A DNA stretch of 64,000 bases from a virus. Below are positions 45,081-54,037 of the stretch, one piece after another. The first letter of the stretch is position 1, and each line of letters begins with the position of its first letter. A model generated the notes under the pieces. The model worked only from the letters and a program-made list of their open reading frames with translations, searched no databases and was not told where the DNA came from. The translations under genes were made by a program, and so were the position numbers. The stretch lies in IMG/VR virus record IMGVR_UViG_3300037418_002743, positions 1 through 64,000 of that record; one strand, given 5' to 3'.

Positions 45081-45175
45081 CCCGCCCCGCTCCGGCGCGA
45101 AGGCCCGTCCCCTCTCCCGTGGGGCGGGCCTTCGTCGTGGGGCCGGCGGCTCCCCGAGGAACTTCGACCCGATCT

Positions 45176-45295
45176 TCAACGACGTCGGGCGGCGGCGCGG
45201 AGGTCCCGCAGCTCCGCAAGCTCGGCGTCGGTGAGCCCGCGCCGGCGCATCAGGGCCTCGAGGTCGTCGAGGCGGTCGAGGTCGTCGAGGTCCAT
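45176..45295 (-). CDS. 39-aa peptide (MDLDDLDRLDDLEAL...)
   Basis: CCCTCCC-GAAGGAG leader. Confidence 0.5.
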   Translation of the reverse strand: MDLDDLDRLDDLEALMRRRGLTDAELAELRDLRAAARRR

Positions 45296-45325
45296 GACGG
45301 TCTCCTTCGGGAGGGGCCGGAGCGG

Positions 45326-45547
45326 CTAGAAGCCGCGGTAGGCGTCCTTGACCGCCTCGAATCGATCCCGGAACTCGTTCATGACGCGGAGGTCGCGGCG
45401 GAGCAGGCGGCCGCGCTCCGGGGTCACGACGCCGTTGGGGATCTCGCGGAGCAGGGCGCAGAGGCGCTTGTGCTCGGCCCAGAGGTCGGTGATGGAGAGG
45501 GTGGAGGGGCGGCCGGTGGTCTTGCGGGGCTTCGTGGTGTTCGTCAT
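45326..45547 (-). CDS. Leaderless small protein (cassette, MTNTTK...)
   Basis: TTGTAA-16 nt-TATTGT-6 nt-ATGACGAAC. Confidence 0.7.
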   Translation of the reverse strand: MTNTTKPRKTTGRPSTLSITDLWAEHKRLCALLREIPNGVVTPERGRLLRRDLRVMNEFRDRFEAVKDAYRGF

Positions 45548-45679
45548 GCGTTAACAATACCGCGCTACACGGTAGTTACAAGGGCTGTAGAGCGAGACCG
45601 GTAAAGAAATAACGCGGCCCGGTCCCCCACCAGCCGAGGACCGGGCCGCTCTACCGGCGGGACGCCGCCGGGGCTCACA

Positions 45680-46072
45680 TCACGACAGCTGGAAGACCAG
45701 CTGCGCGGAGTCGATCTCGGAGGAGAAGGAGCGGAGCAGGTGCTTCGCCGCGACCCGGACCGCGGAGCCAGCGGCGTTGGCGAAGGCGGACGACGTCGTC
45801 GCCTCGGAGTCGAGGGCCTGACCGATCCGGCTCGCGAGCGAGTCGCGGCGGCGCTCGGCCGGCGCCTTGAGTGTCGCGGCGAGGATCGCGACCTTCGTCT
45901 CGGCGATCACCGCGTCGCGGAGGTAGTGCTCCGCGGCGTAGACGAGGGACGGGCAGTCGGCGATCATCGCCCGCTGCTTGGTGACGGTCTGCTCGGCGGA
46001 GGCGAGCTGGACCTTGAGCGCGTGCTCGAGCTCGACGTCGGTCAGGGCGGCGGAGGCGGGCTTGGTGCTCAT
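45680..46072 (-). CDS. Hypothetical helical protein
   Basis: Promoter 46134-46161, CTGCCA hairpin, CCCTCCC, AAGGAG. Confidence 0.65.
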   Translation of the reverse strand: MSTKPASAALTDVELEHALKVQLASAEQTVTKQRAMIADCPSLVYAAEHYLRDAVIAETKVAILAATLKAPAERRRDSLASRIGQALDSEATTSSAFANAAGSAVRVAAKHLLRSFSSEIDSAQLVFQLS

Positions 46073-46165
46073 CGAGGTCTCCTTGGTTCGGGAGGGAAGG
46101 GGCCGCTGGCAGGCGGTCCGTCTTACGTTGTTGAGCTTACCGCGGTGCGCGGTGAGTACAAGGGC

Positions 46166-46390
46166 TTATGCCCAGGTGGTTCGGGCCGGGATCTCGACGC
46201 CGTACCGGCGGCCGAGGGCGTGCACGGCGGCCTCGTCGGCGACCCGCTTCGTCCAGAGGTGCACGCCGCCGGTGGCGTTGTAGGCGTCGACGATGAAGCG
46301 CTCGTAGTAGGGGTTCCAAGTCACGTAGGCGAAGGGGAGGGCCGGGGTGCCGTCGTCCTCGATGTCCGGGGTGATGGTGTTCGTCGTCAT
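46166..46390 (-). CDS. Leaderless small protein (cassette, MTTNTI...)
   Basis: TTGATC-16 nt-TATGGT-6 nt-ATGACGACGAAC. Confidence 0.7.
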   Translation of the reverse strand: MTTNTITPDIEDDGTPALPFAYVTWNPYYERFIVDAYNATGGVHLWTKRVADEAAVHALGRRYGVEIPARTTWA

Positions 46391-46420
46391 GACTTCACCA
46401 TACCGCAGCATGCGGGAGGA

Positions 46421-46570
46421 TCAAGCCTTTCGGCGGGAGGTGACCCAGCGGTCGACCTCGACGCCGCGCTCGTACTCGCGGACCTCGAAGTAGACGCGCG
46501 GGTCACCGGCCGGGCCGGCGAGCGGCTCCGGGTCCCGGACGGTGCCGGTGAAGTCGGCGGGGATGTTCAT
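46421..46570 (-). CDS. 49-aa peptide (MNIPADF...)
   Basis: GGAG RBS; stop overlaps the next cassette's -35 box. Confidence 0.45.
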   Translation of the reverse strand: MNIPADFTGTVRDPEPLAGPAGDPRVYFEVREYERGVEVDRWVTSRRKA

Positions 46571-46582
46571 GACGGGCTCCGA

Positions 46583-46885
46583 TCAGGCGGCGTGGAAGGG
46601 GATCTCGGCGCGGGTGCGGCCCCACGCCCCGCCTTGCGCGGCGGTGTGGCGGCGGAGCGCGTCGAGGTTGGCGAAGGCGGCGATGGGGCGGGAGCCGATG
46701 AGCACTTGGACGGTCGCGCCGCCGGGAGTGCCGTGGAGCGGGATCTCGGTGCGGGTGTAGCCGAGGAGCGCGGAGCCGCCGCGGGCGGTCATCCAGCGGC
46801 GCATCGCGGTGATGTCGGCGAAGGCGCGGATGGGGCGGCCGGCGTCGAGGAGGAGGGTCGCGGTGGGGGCTTCAGTGTTCGTCAT
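46583..46885 (-). CDS. Leaderless small protein with internal duplication (cassette, MTNTEA...)
   Basis: TTGAAC-16 nt-TATGGT-6 nt-ATGACGAAC. Confidence 0.7.
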   Translation of the reverse strand: MTNTEAPTATLLLDAGRPIRAFADITAMRRWMTARGGSALLGYTRTEIPLHGTPGGATVQVLIGSRPIAAFANLDALRRHTAAQGGAWGRTRAEIPFHAA

Positions 46886-46959
46886 GTGATTACCATACCG
46901 CGTACCGCGGGAGGTTCAAGCCCTTCGGCCGGGCGGGTTCGCCCGGCCGGGCCGGAGCC

Positions 46960-47262
46960 CTAGTGCCCGAGGCACTTCGCGCAGTCGATCTCGTACCGAG
47001 AGGACACGGCGGAGGCGGCGGAGCGGGCGTTGCGGTAGCGCTCGGCGCCGCAGTAGACGCCCACCGTCTTGCCGACCGACTCCCCGTAGGCGTTGAGGTA
47101 GCGGGTGACCGTGGCGCGGTGCACGGTCTTGGCCTTGCCGACGACCGCGCGGCCGTCGGTGTTCTCCTCGACGGTGACGACCTGCTTGTGCGCCGGCTTG
47201 CCGGCGTCGGCGGCGATCTCGGCGGCGGTGGCGGGGCGGGTGGTGACCGTGGCGTTCGTCAT
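46960..47262 (-). CDS. Leaderless small protein (cassette, MTNATV...)
   Basis: TTGAAA-16 nt-TATCTT-6 nt-ATGACGAAC; H..C..CAKC possible zinc site. Confidence 0.7.
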   Translation of the reverse strand: MTNATVTTRPATAAEIAADAGKPAHKQVVTVEENTDGRAVVGKAKTVHRATVTRYLNAYGESVGKTVGVYCGAERYRNARSAASAVSSRYEIDCAKCLGH

Positions 47263-47292
47263 GTCTTAAAGATACCGCGTCACGCGGGAGTT

Positions 47293-47478
47293 TCAAGCCG
47301 CTGAGGCAAGCCAGGTCCAGAACGCTCGCACCGGCCGGGCGATCGCGTCGCAGACGGCGGCGAGGAAGTGCACGACGTCCGCGCTGAACGCCACGTACGG
47401 GGCGGTGGCCACCGCCGCGACGAGCGCGAGGGCGGCGAGGACCAGGAGGGCGACGGCGGCGCGCTCGGTGGCGTCCAT
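47293..47478 (-). CDS. Small membrane protein
   Basis: GAAGGAG RBS; hydrophobic. Confidence 0.55.
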   Translation of the reverse strand: MDATERAAVALLVLAALALVAAVATAPYVAFSADVVHFLAAVCDAIARPVRAFWTWLASAA

Positions 47479-47504
47479 GACAGGTCTCCTTCGGATGGGG
47501 TCGT

Positions 47505-47735
47505 TCACCGGATGCCGGCGACGTACAGCAGGCCCTCGATGAGCCGGAGCACGAAGACGCCGGCGTCGATGATCGTGTGGCCGATCAGGGTCCACACGGT
47601 CTCGATCATCCCGACGTAGGCGGCCGGGCCGACGATCAGGACGAGGAGCAGGACCGGGAGCAGGCCGAGGCCGGCGGGGGCGACGGCGTCGATGATCGTG
47701 CGGGCGGCGGAGGCGGTGCGTGCGGTGTTCGTCAT
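47505..47735 (-). CDS. Leaderless membrane protein (cassette, MTNTAR...)
   Basis: TTGAAC-17 nt with operator-CAAGCT, then ATGACGAAC. Confidence 0.6.
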   Translation of the reverse strand: MTNTARTASAARTIIDAVAPAGLGLLPVLLLVLIVGPAAYVGMIETVWTLIGHTIIDAGVFVLRLIEGLLYVAGIR

Positions 47736-47819
47736 GCCGTTGAGCTTGCCGCGCGGTGCGGTGTGGTTCAAGAGGTAGTTTCCTCTTGAGTCCGCCGCAT
47801 AGAGCGGTATGGTTGTTGC

Positions 47820-48062
47820 ATGACGACGACGGAGCTTGCCGCGGACCACCTCTCCGACGAGGACTTCGCCCTCGCCGAGCGGATCCTCGACCGCCTCTGC
47901 GCCAAGGGCGACCGGAGGGCGTACAGCCCCTCCGAGATCGGCCGGATCGCGAAGGCCGAGACCTCCGCAGTGCGCCGGGTCCTCCCCGTGCTCGTCGAGG
48001 ACGGGAACCTCGCCGTGGCCGGGAACGGCGCCTGGCGCCGCTACACCTTCGTGATGGGCTGA
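47820..48062 (+). CDS. Leaderless winged-HTH-like protein (divergent cassette, MTTTEL...)
   Basis: TTGAGT(47786)-16 nt (CCGCATAGAGCGG)-TATGGT-6 nt-ATG; SPSEIGRIAKAETSAVRRVL..LV..G. Confidence 0.7.
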   Translation: MTTTELAADHLSDEDFALAERILDRLCAKGDRRAYSPSEIGRIAKAETSAVRRVLPVLVEDGNLAVAGNGAWRRYTFVMG

Positions 48063-48063
48063 C

Positions 48064-48741
48064 CTACCCGCGCTGACGGCGGATCTCGGCGTCCCGCGCG
48101 GCGACCCGGGCCCGCCAGGCGGCCCCGCCGTCCGGCGGCTGCAGGTCCGCGATGAGCTGCTCGATCGGCAGCACCGCCGGCCCCTTCCGCCGCTTCCCGC
48201 GCGGCGCAGTGATCGCCGCCCCGCGCTCCGCGGCCGCCGCCTCCACCGCGGACCGCTTGCCGGCCCGCCGCGGACGGACCTCCACCCGCGGGAGCGGAGG
48301 CGGCGCAGTGCGCTCCTTCGGCTTCCGCGGCTTCGGCTTCGCCCGCGGCGGCGGCGCGCCCTCGATCGGCGGGAGCGGCGTCACGAGCAGCCAGCACCGG
48401 CCCGGCTCACCCTTCACCGGGTCGTGCAGCACCGGCATGTGCTTGCTCATCCGGTACCGGTCATCGTCCGCGACGACGCCGGCGTCGACGAGGCCGTCGC
48501 AGATCGCCTTGTACGTCGCGACCGGGTTCTCCTCGTCGTACACACCGCGGCGCGGGACCTGCCAGTGCAGCTCGACCGCGACCCGCTCATGCGCCCCGAC
48601 GGTGTAGTCCTCCGCGAGCTCCTTCGCCAGGGCCCGGATCTGCTTCGTCAGCTTCGCCGCCGCGTGCCGGTCGTGCCGGTCGTTGAGCGACAGCGGCGGA
48701 CGCTCCCACGGCAGCGGGAGCGTCCACGACTCCGCCGTCAC
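48064..48741 (-). CDS. RusA-like Holliday junction resolvase
   Basis: PPLSLN...DEENPVATYKAICDGLVDAGVVADDD. Confidence 0.75.
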   Translation of the reverse strand: MTAESWTLPLPWERPPLSLNDRHDRHAAAKLTKQIRALAKELAEDYTVGAHERVAVELHWQVPRRGVYDEENPVATYKAICDGLVDAGVVADDDRYRMSKHMPVLHDPVKGEPGRCWLLVTPLPPIEGAPPPRAKPKPRKPKERTAPPPLPRVEVRPRRAGKRSAVEAAAAERGAAITAPRGKRRKGPAVLPIEQLIADLQPPDGGAAWRARVAARDAEIRRQRG

Positions 48742-49133
48742 GCCGCCCCGTTCTCCCGCCCGGCGGCACGCTTCCGGGCCTGCGTCGACCGGCCGCCGTG
48801 CTTCCCCGACTCCCGGGCGTTCGCCTTCCGGGCGCCCTCGGTGCGCTCCTCGTGCAGCAGCGCCCGGGCGTCGACGATCACCTCGCCGAGCAGGCGGTGC
48901 CGGGTCTCCCGGTCCATCAGCGGTGACCGGCGGAGGGCGTCGCCGAACCGGCGGGCGCGGGCGTCCGCGTCGTCCCGGCGGGCCGTCATGAGCACCTGGG
49001 CGAGGCGGAGCGCGCACTCGGTGTGGTGCTGCCAGCAGTCGAGGGAGTGCTCCGCCCGCCAGGCCTTCTTCGACCCGAGCGGGCGGGCGACGACGAGGCC
49101 GAGCTCGGTGGTGGTCGGGGCGGGGTCGGTCAC
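48738..49133 (-). CDS. Hypothetical protein
   Basis: GTGA coupling; GGAGGA RBS. Confidence 0.5.
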   Translation of the reverse strand: MTDPAPTTTELGLVVARPLGSKKAWRAEHSLDCWQHHTECALRLAQVLMTARRDDADARARRFGDALRRSPLMDRETRHRLLGEVIVDARALLHEERTEGARKANARESGKHGGRSTQARKRAAGRENGAA

Positions 49134-49470
49134 CCGTGTCCTCCGGTGATGATCAGGCTCAGGAGCGCGTACTCGAGCCAGAGAGCGATGGGGCCGACGA
49201 CGGCGAGGATCGTGCCGGCGATGAGCGCGGTCTCGATGCGGTGCCGCCAGGGGCTGGGGCACGGGAGGCGGATCCCGGTCGCTTTGCCGCCCAGATTCGC
49301 CGCTGCGCCGCGATCGGGGGTCGGTCGATACTGGGCGGCCGGGAGGATCATCGGAATCGTCAGATCGTCACTGAGCCCGTCGTTCCATGATCCGTTTCCG
49401 CGGTATGGGGTTTCCGTCGATCCCACCGCACGGTGCGGGGTCCTCATCGGACGGCCGGTGACCTGCGGAT

Positions 49471-49926
49471 TCACCTCCGAACCCCGGGCCCACGCATCCA
49501 GCCGGGGGCCTCGTCGACGGACGTGCGCGGCTGCGGGGGCTCCGGCGGGCGCACCTCGTGAGCGGCCTCCAGGCGCGCCAGCTCGGCCCGCTCCGCCTCG
49601 GTGATGTCTCCGGCCCGGACATTCCCGCGCAGCTCCCGGATCCGGATCAGCGCCTCGGTGCGGCGCAGCTCGGTCTCCGCTCCGGCGGACACGGTCGCCG
49701 GGATGAGCCCGCGGTCGCGGTCGGTGAGCCCGGGCAGCTCGACACCGGCGTCCTTGAGCCGGTGATCGTGCGCGGGGAACCACTCCAGGGGGCGGCCGTG
49801 CGCGTCGACGCAGACGGCCCCGATCGCGGCGCCGCAGTCGCGGCAGACGACGCGCATCGAGTCGCGGCGGGCCTGGGCGAGCAGCTCGGACCGGCGGCGG
49901 GGCGTCTCGGTGGTCACGACGCCCAC
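49471..49926 (-). CDS. Hypothetical zinc-finger protein
   Basis: CRDCGA..G..C...H motif. Confidence 0.55.
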   Translation of the reverse strand: MGVVTTETPRRRSELLAQARRDSMRVVCRDCGAAIGAVCVDAHGRPLEWFPAHDHRLKDAGVELPGLTDRDRGLIPATVSAGAETELRRTEALIRIRELRGNVRAGDITEAERAELARLEAAHEVRPPEPPQPRTSVDEAPGWMRGPGVRR

Positions 49927-50228
49927 CGGGCGCGGTCGGAGTTCGGGGTGACGCCGAGGTCGCGGAGCGGGACCTCGCGGCGCTGGAGCGAGCCGGTGAT
50001 CGCGCAGACGACGTGGAAGTACTCGCCGTCAAGCGAGCGGACGACGCCCTGCCCGACGGTGATCCTCGGGACGCGGCAGTGCGGGTTCTCGCATCCGCCG
50101 GCGTAGACGGCGGTGAAGGGCTGGTCCTCGAGGAGGGTCGCGACGACGTAGTCCGGAGGGGGCGGCGGGGCCTGCACCGGGACGGGCCTCTCCGGGACGA
50201 ACGGGCGGCGGGCGTTGCGACCGGGCAT
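49914..50228 (-). CDS. Hypothetical protein
   Basis: CTGCCA hairpin leader and GAAGGAG RBS. Confidence 0.55.
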   Translation of the reverse strand: MPGRNARRPFVPERPVPVQAPPPPPDYVVATLLEDQPFTAVYAGGCENPHCRVPRITVGQGVVRSLDGEYFHVVCAITGSLQRREVPLRDLGVTPNSDRARWAS

Positions 50229-50284
50229 GGCGGTCTCCTTCGGTCGGGAGGGAACGGGTGGCGCCCTGGCAGGGGCGGGGAGGG

Positions 50285-51208
50285 TCAGACGGCGCGGAGG
50301 CGGCGGAGTCCGTGATCGCAGCGGACGGCCGGGTCGACGGGTGGTCCGCCGGCGTACTCCAGGACCCACGTGCCGTCGCAGCGGCCGCGCTCGGTGCACG
50401 CGGCGACGGCGGCGTCGTACTCGGCGAGCTCGGCGGCGCGGGAGGCGGCGGCTTCGTGCTCGGAGGTCTCGGCGCCCTCGCGGAGCGCGGCGCACTCTCC
50501 GCACGGCGGGACGTAGGCGCCGGGAGGCAGGGAGGCGTGCTCGGGACAGCGGCCGGGGTTGCGGCGAGGCGAGACGGACGCGGGCCAGATCGACGCCTGG
50601 GCGGGGTCCGTCGCGCGCGACGCGCCCGCGTTACCCAGGTGACGTTCCCTCCCTACTGAACCCTTCTTCTCTCCTCTCCTCTCCTCTGCGATCGGTTTGC
50701 GATCGGTTTGCGATCCCGAGTGCGATCCCATCTGCGATCGCACGTGCGACGGCTCCTGCGATCCCCTCCCGGGGTCGTCCTCGACGCAGAACTTGCAGTC
50801 AGGGGACGTCTTACCTGCGCGAACGTGCCAGCGCATGTGGTTGCCGTAGCCGCCGGCGGCCCTCTTCGTCGACGTAAATTCCGCCGCCTCTTCCGCGGAA
50901 CGCTGCCAGTCCAGGTAGTCGTGCATGACGACGCCATCACGACGAGATTCCGTCGAGATTCCATCGTCAGCACGCGGGAAGACCTCGTCGGCGAGCCCGG
51001 CCTCGATCAGCTCCCGGCGCACCTTCGGCGTCGTCCGCTTGATCCACGCCTGCTCCGTCACGTACCCGTCGGTGAGGTGCCGGGAGCAGTAGCACCACAG
51101 CTCGATCAGCGTGCGGAAGGCGCGATCGGAGAGCCCCTCGATCTTCGGGTGGTCCGGCATCCCGTCGTGGAGGAACATCCACGAGGCGGTGTCGCGGCGC
51201 GTCCCCAT
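50285..51208 (-). CDS. RepA-like replication initiator
   Basis: HDGMPDHPKIEGLSDRAFR..IELWCYCSRHLTDG...HDYLDWQRS; internal iterons; EERRGE linker. Confidence 0.8.
   Translation of the reverse strand: MGTRRDTASWMFLHDGMPDHPKIEGLSDRAFRTLIELWCYCSRHLTDGYVTEQAWIKRTTPKVRRELIEAGLADEVFPRADDGISTESRRDGVVMHDYLDWQRSAEEAAEFTSTKRAAGGYGNHMRWHVRAGKTSPDCKFCVEDDPGRGSQEPSHVRSQMGSHSGSQTDRKPIAEERRGEKKGSVGRERHLGNAGASRATDPAQASIWPASVSPRRNPGRCPEHASLPPGAYVPPCGECAALREGAETSEHEAAASRAAELAEYDAAVAACTERGRCDGTWVLEYAGGPPVDPAVRCDHGLRRLRAV
50687..50765. repeat. Iteron-like TGCGATC repeats (probable origin)
   Basis: Seven TGCGA(TC) units at 11-12 bp spacing inside the initiator gene. Confidence 0.75.
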
Positions 51209-51615
51209 CAGGCGACCGCCCGCCACTCGACGTGGGTCGTGAGGTTCGGCGGCAGGCGGAGGTCCTGGCGGATCCTGGCCGCGGTGTAGAGCGTCATCCG
51301 GAGCCGGTCCGCGACGTCCGCGTCCGTCCAGCCGCGCCGGTGCAGCACGCGGACGATCACCTGCCGCTGGTGCGTCGGGAGAGCCTCCGCCGGCTCCTTC
51401 CCGTGGATCACGTTCTGCATCTCGATCGGCCACCGGTGGATCGGCTCCGCCGCGTAGTCGATCCGCGGCGCTCGCTTCACGTGCTGGTGAGGCATCGCCG
51501 CTTGCTCGCGGCGGATCGCCCGGAGCTCGAGCTCGGCGAGGTGCCGGTCGTGGAGGGCCTCGACCTCGATGAGGCGCGCCGACTCGCGGCGGTACGTCTC
51601 CTGTGAAAGGGACAT
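51208..51615 (-). CDS. HTH protein
   Basis: GWTDADVADRLRMTLYTAARIR; CTGCCA hairpin leader. Confidence 0.65.
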   Translation of the reverse strand: MSLSQETYRRESARLIEVEALHDRHLAELELRAIRREQAAMPHQHVKRAPRIDYAAEPIHRWPIEMQNVIHGKEPAEALPTHQRQVIVRVLHRRGWTDADVADRLRMTLYTAARIRQDLRLPPNLTTHVEWRAVA

Positions 51616-51694
51616 GACACGTCCAGGGGTAGGGAGGGACGGGGCGTGCCGCCCGGCTGGCAGGCCGGGCGGCACGATCGTGCTGAGGGGGGTT

Positions 51695-52600
51695 CTACCG
51701 CAGCGCGTCGGGCGCCGCACCCGCCAGGGTGAGCACCTCCGGCCGGAAGAGACCCAGGAGGCGGGCGATCTCGCGCTGCCAGGCGGCCTGCTTCACGAGC
51801 GGGACCTGCTGCAGGCGGATCCCGACCCCGACGCGGCCCTCGGTGTCGACGTCCCACTGCGTGACGGCCTCGACCTCGAACGGCTCCTCGTCCGGCTCCG
51901 CGCCCTGGTAGACGTGGAGCGCGACCTTGAAGCGCGGCGGGAGCTTCGCCGCCCGCGGCACCTTCTGCCCGCGGACCTCCTCGGTGTAGGTGATGTTCAC
52001 CTGCCCGGAGTCGAGGTCGACGTCCTCCTGCGTGGTCTTCACCCGCGACGCGACGAGCTGCATGGCGGCGTCGATCATCCGGGACACGTCCGTGCCGCGG
52101 ATGCTGTGCGCGTGATCGGCGAGGAACTGCCCGAAGGCCTTCTTCGTCATCAGGCGGCCGCCCTGGGAGGCGTCGACCTTCTGCCAGGCGAGCCACTCCT
52201 CGTCGTACTGCGGGAGGAACACCGCGCGGTGGTCCCGCCAGCCGGGCAGCTCCTCCCCGATGCCGGAGTCGACGAGGGTCCGGGTGTGGTCGTTGAAGAC
52301 CGCGGTGATCCGGGTGCGGCCCTGGTCGGCCCACACGGTGGTGCCGAGGTCGGCGAGCCGGTTGACGTACGCGGCGAAGGAGCGGGCGGTGTGCAGCTCC
52401 GCCTCCCCGCGCGCCTCCCGCGGCGACGGGAGCAGCGCCCCGAAGTCGTGGTGCCCGATCCGCTCGTCCTGACGGAGCCGGCGGACGACCAGGCCCTCGG
52501 GGTGGTCGTTGATGTCGATCGGGGAGGCGGCCGCCTCGGCGGCGCGGCGGGCGACGTCCGCGGTGACGGCGGCGTCAGGGGCGTTGTCGAACTCGGACAT
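51695..52600 (-). CDS. DUF2303 (YfdQ-like) protein
   Basis: SFAAYV...ITAVFNDH...PGWRDHRA...EWLAW...LPPRF. Confidence 0.75.
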   Translation of the reverse strand: MSEFDNAPDAAVTADVARRAAEAAASPIDINDHPEGLVVRRLRQDERIGHHDFGALLPSPREARGEAELHTARSFAAYVNRLADLGTTVWADQGRTRITAVFNDHTRTLVDSGIGEELPGWRDHRAVFLPQYDEEWLAWQKVDASQGGRLMTKKAFGQFLADHAHSIRGTDVSRMIDAAMQLVASRVKTTQEDVDLDSGQVNITYTEEVRGQKVPRAAKLPPRFKVALHVYQGAEPDEEPFEVEAVTQWDVDTEGRVGVGIRLQQVPLVKQAAWQREIARLLGLFRPEVLTLAGAAPDALR

Positions 52601-53013
52601 CACAGCTGACCTCCACCGAACGGAAGGGCGGTCTGGTTCTTCGGGATCGGCGGGTAGTCGAGGAGCTCGCCGCCCTCGCCGAGCCAGTACTTCGCCCGGG
52701 TCTCCCGGTTGACCTTCGGGTGCTTCACGTCGACGTCGTCGTCGACGACCAGGCGGCCGCCGAAGGAGTCGCCGGGCGCCCAGGAGAACTTGAGCTTGAG
52801 GGTGATCGCCCCGGCGTTGGTCGTCTCCTGCACCTCCCCGATGACGGTCGCGAGGGCCTCGGTCAGCTCGTCGCACAGCTCGCCGTAGCGGGCGAGGAAG
52901 GCGAGGAAGTCCTCCTTGGCCTTCTCCGTGGCGGCGGGCTGCTCGTCGGCCCGCTGCTCCGGCACGGCGGCGGAGGCGGCGGTGCCGTCCTCCGGCTGGG
53001 GGTTGTCGCTCAT
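52600..53013 (-). CDS. Conserved phage protein upstream of DUF2303
   Basis: GAITLKLK...DDVDVKHP...Q..L pattern. Confidence 0.6.
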   Translation of the reverse strand: MSDNPQPEDGTAASAAVPEQRADEQPAATEKAKEDFLAFLARYGELCDELTEALATVIGEVQETTNAGAITLKLKFSWAPGDSFGGRLVVDDDVDVKHPKVNRETRAKYWLGEGGELLDYPPIPKNQTALPFGGGQL

Positions 53014-53359
53014 GCGGTGTTGATCTCCATCTTCTTCATCGGGAGGGATGGGGTCTGGGGGGTGTCCTCCGGGACATCCGCGCCGGTGCCGCAGGGGCAC
53101 GACGCGGGGCAGTCGTCCCGGGAGGACGCCAGGAGGGCGGAGGCGGCGCGGTCGAAGACCGCGCGCACCTCCCGCCCGATGAGGCTCACTGGGGCTGCAC
53201 CTCGCTGAGGCAGTCGCACGCGGCGTCGTGCTCCGTCGCGCACCCGGTGCGGTGCTCCCCGAAGCCCTGCTCGCGGCAGTGCGGGTCGGCGCAGGCGAGC
53301 GCGGCGGACGGATCGCAGAACGCGCACTCGCGCGGGTACCACTCCGGGAGGCCCACCGG

Positions 53360-54037
53360 TCAGCCCGCCCGCAGGGGGCAATCGCACTCGCCGTCGGTGC
53401 GGGCGTCGGGGTTGCAGCGCCCGGTGCACGGCACGTCGACGAGGCGGGCGAGGAGGCGGAGGCACTCGGCGCCGGCGCGGACGTCGCCCCCGGCGGTGTG
53501 GTCGCCGATCTCGACGTCGAGGCGCTCGCAGATCTCCCGGAACGACAGCGGCGGGTGGTCGATCGGGAGGCGGAAGGCGCCGCGGGCGATCGAGCCGAGG
53601 TTCTCCATCCGGTAGTGCCACGGCCGCACCTCGAGGCAGAGGTCCGGGTCCAGGTGCCGGGCGAAGGCCTTCGCGATGAAGGCGGCGTCGAAGGCGGGGT
53701 TCACGGCGACCAGGGCGCGGCGCGGGACCGGCGGGGCGTCCTCGTCCGGGACGTGATGGATCGGGCCGCCGAACTGCTCCCAGAGCCGCTGCAGCTCCGG
53801 GCCGTTGTCCATCACGTAGGGCTGCCAGAGGCCGCGCTCGACGTAGCGGTTGACCTGCAGGGCCTCGGGCTCCGCGGCCGCGAGGATCTCCCGCGGGTTG
53901 TGCTTCGGGACGAAGCAGCCCGTCTCCCCGGTGGTGATGTTCTCCCAGCCGATCTCGACGGCGTCGTGCCGCTCCGGGTCGAGCCCGTTGGTCTCGGTGT
54001 CGACGAAGATCAGCTCCGTCGGCTCGTAGTCGCTCAT
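53360..54037 (-). CDS. DnaQ-like (DEDDh) 3'-5' exonuclease
   Basis: FVDTETNGL, NPAFD, HTAGGDV. Confidence 0.85.
   Translation of the reverse strand: MSDYEPTELIFVDTETNGLDPERHDAVEIGWENITTGETGCFVPKHNPREILAAAEPEALQVNRYVERGLWQPYVMDNGPELQRLWEQFGGPIHHVPDEDAPPVPRRALVAVNPAFDAAFIAKAFARHLDPDLCLEVRPWHYRMENLGSIARGAFRLPIDHPPLSFREICERLDVEIGDHTAGGDVRAGAECLRLLARLVDVPCTGRCNPDARTDGECDCPLRAG

Noticed and set aside
40277-48062. CRISPR array or integron interpretation of the recurring repeats
   Set aside because: The repeats are degenerate promoters separated by hundreds of bp of coding sequence. There are no cas genes, no attC-like RYYYAAC/GTTRRRY ends that I could see, and the recombinase is ~25 kb away.
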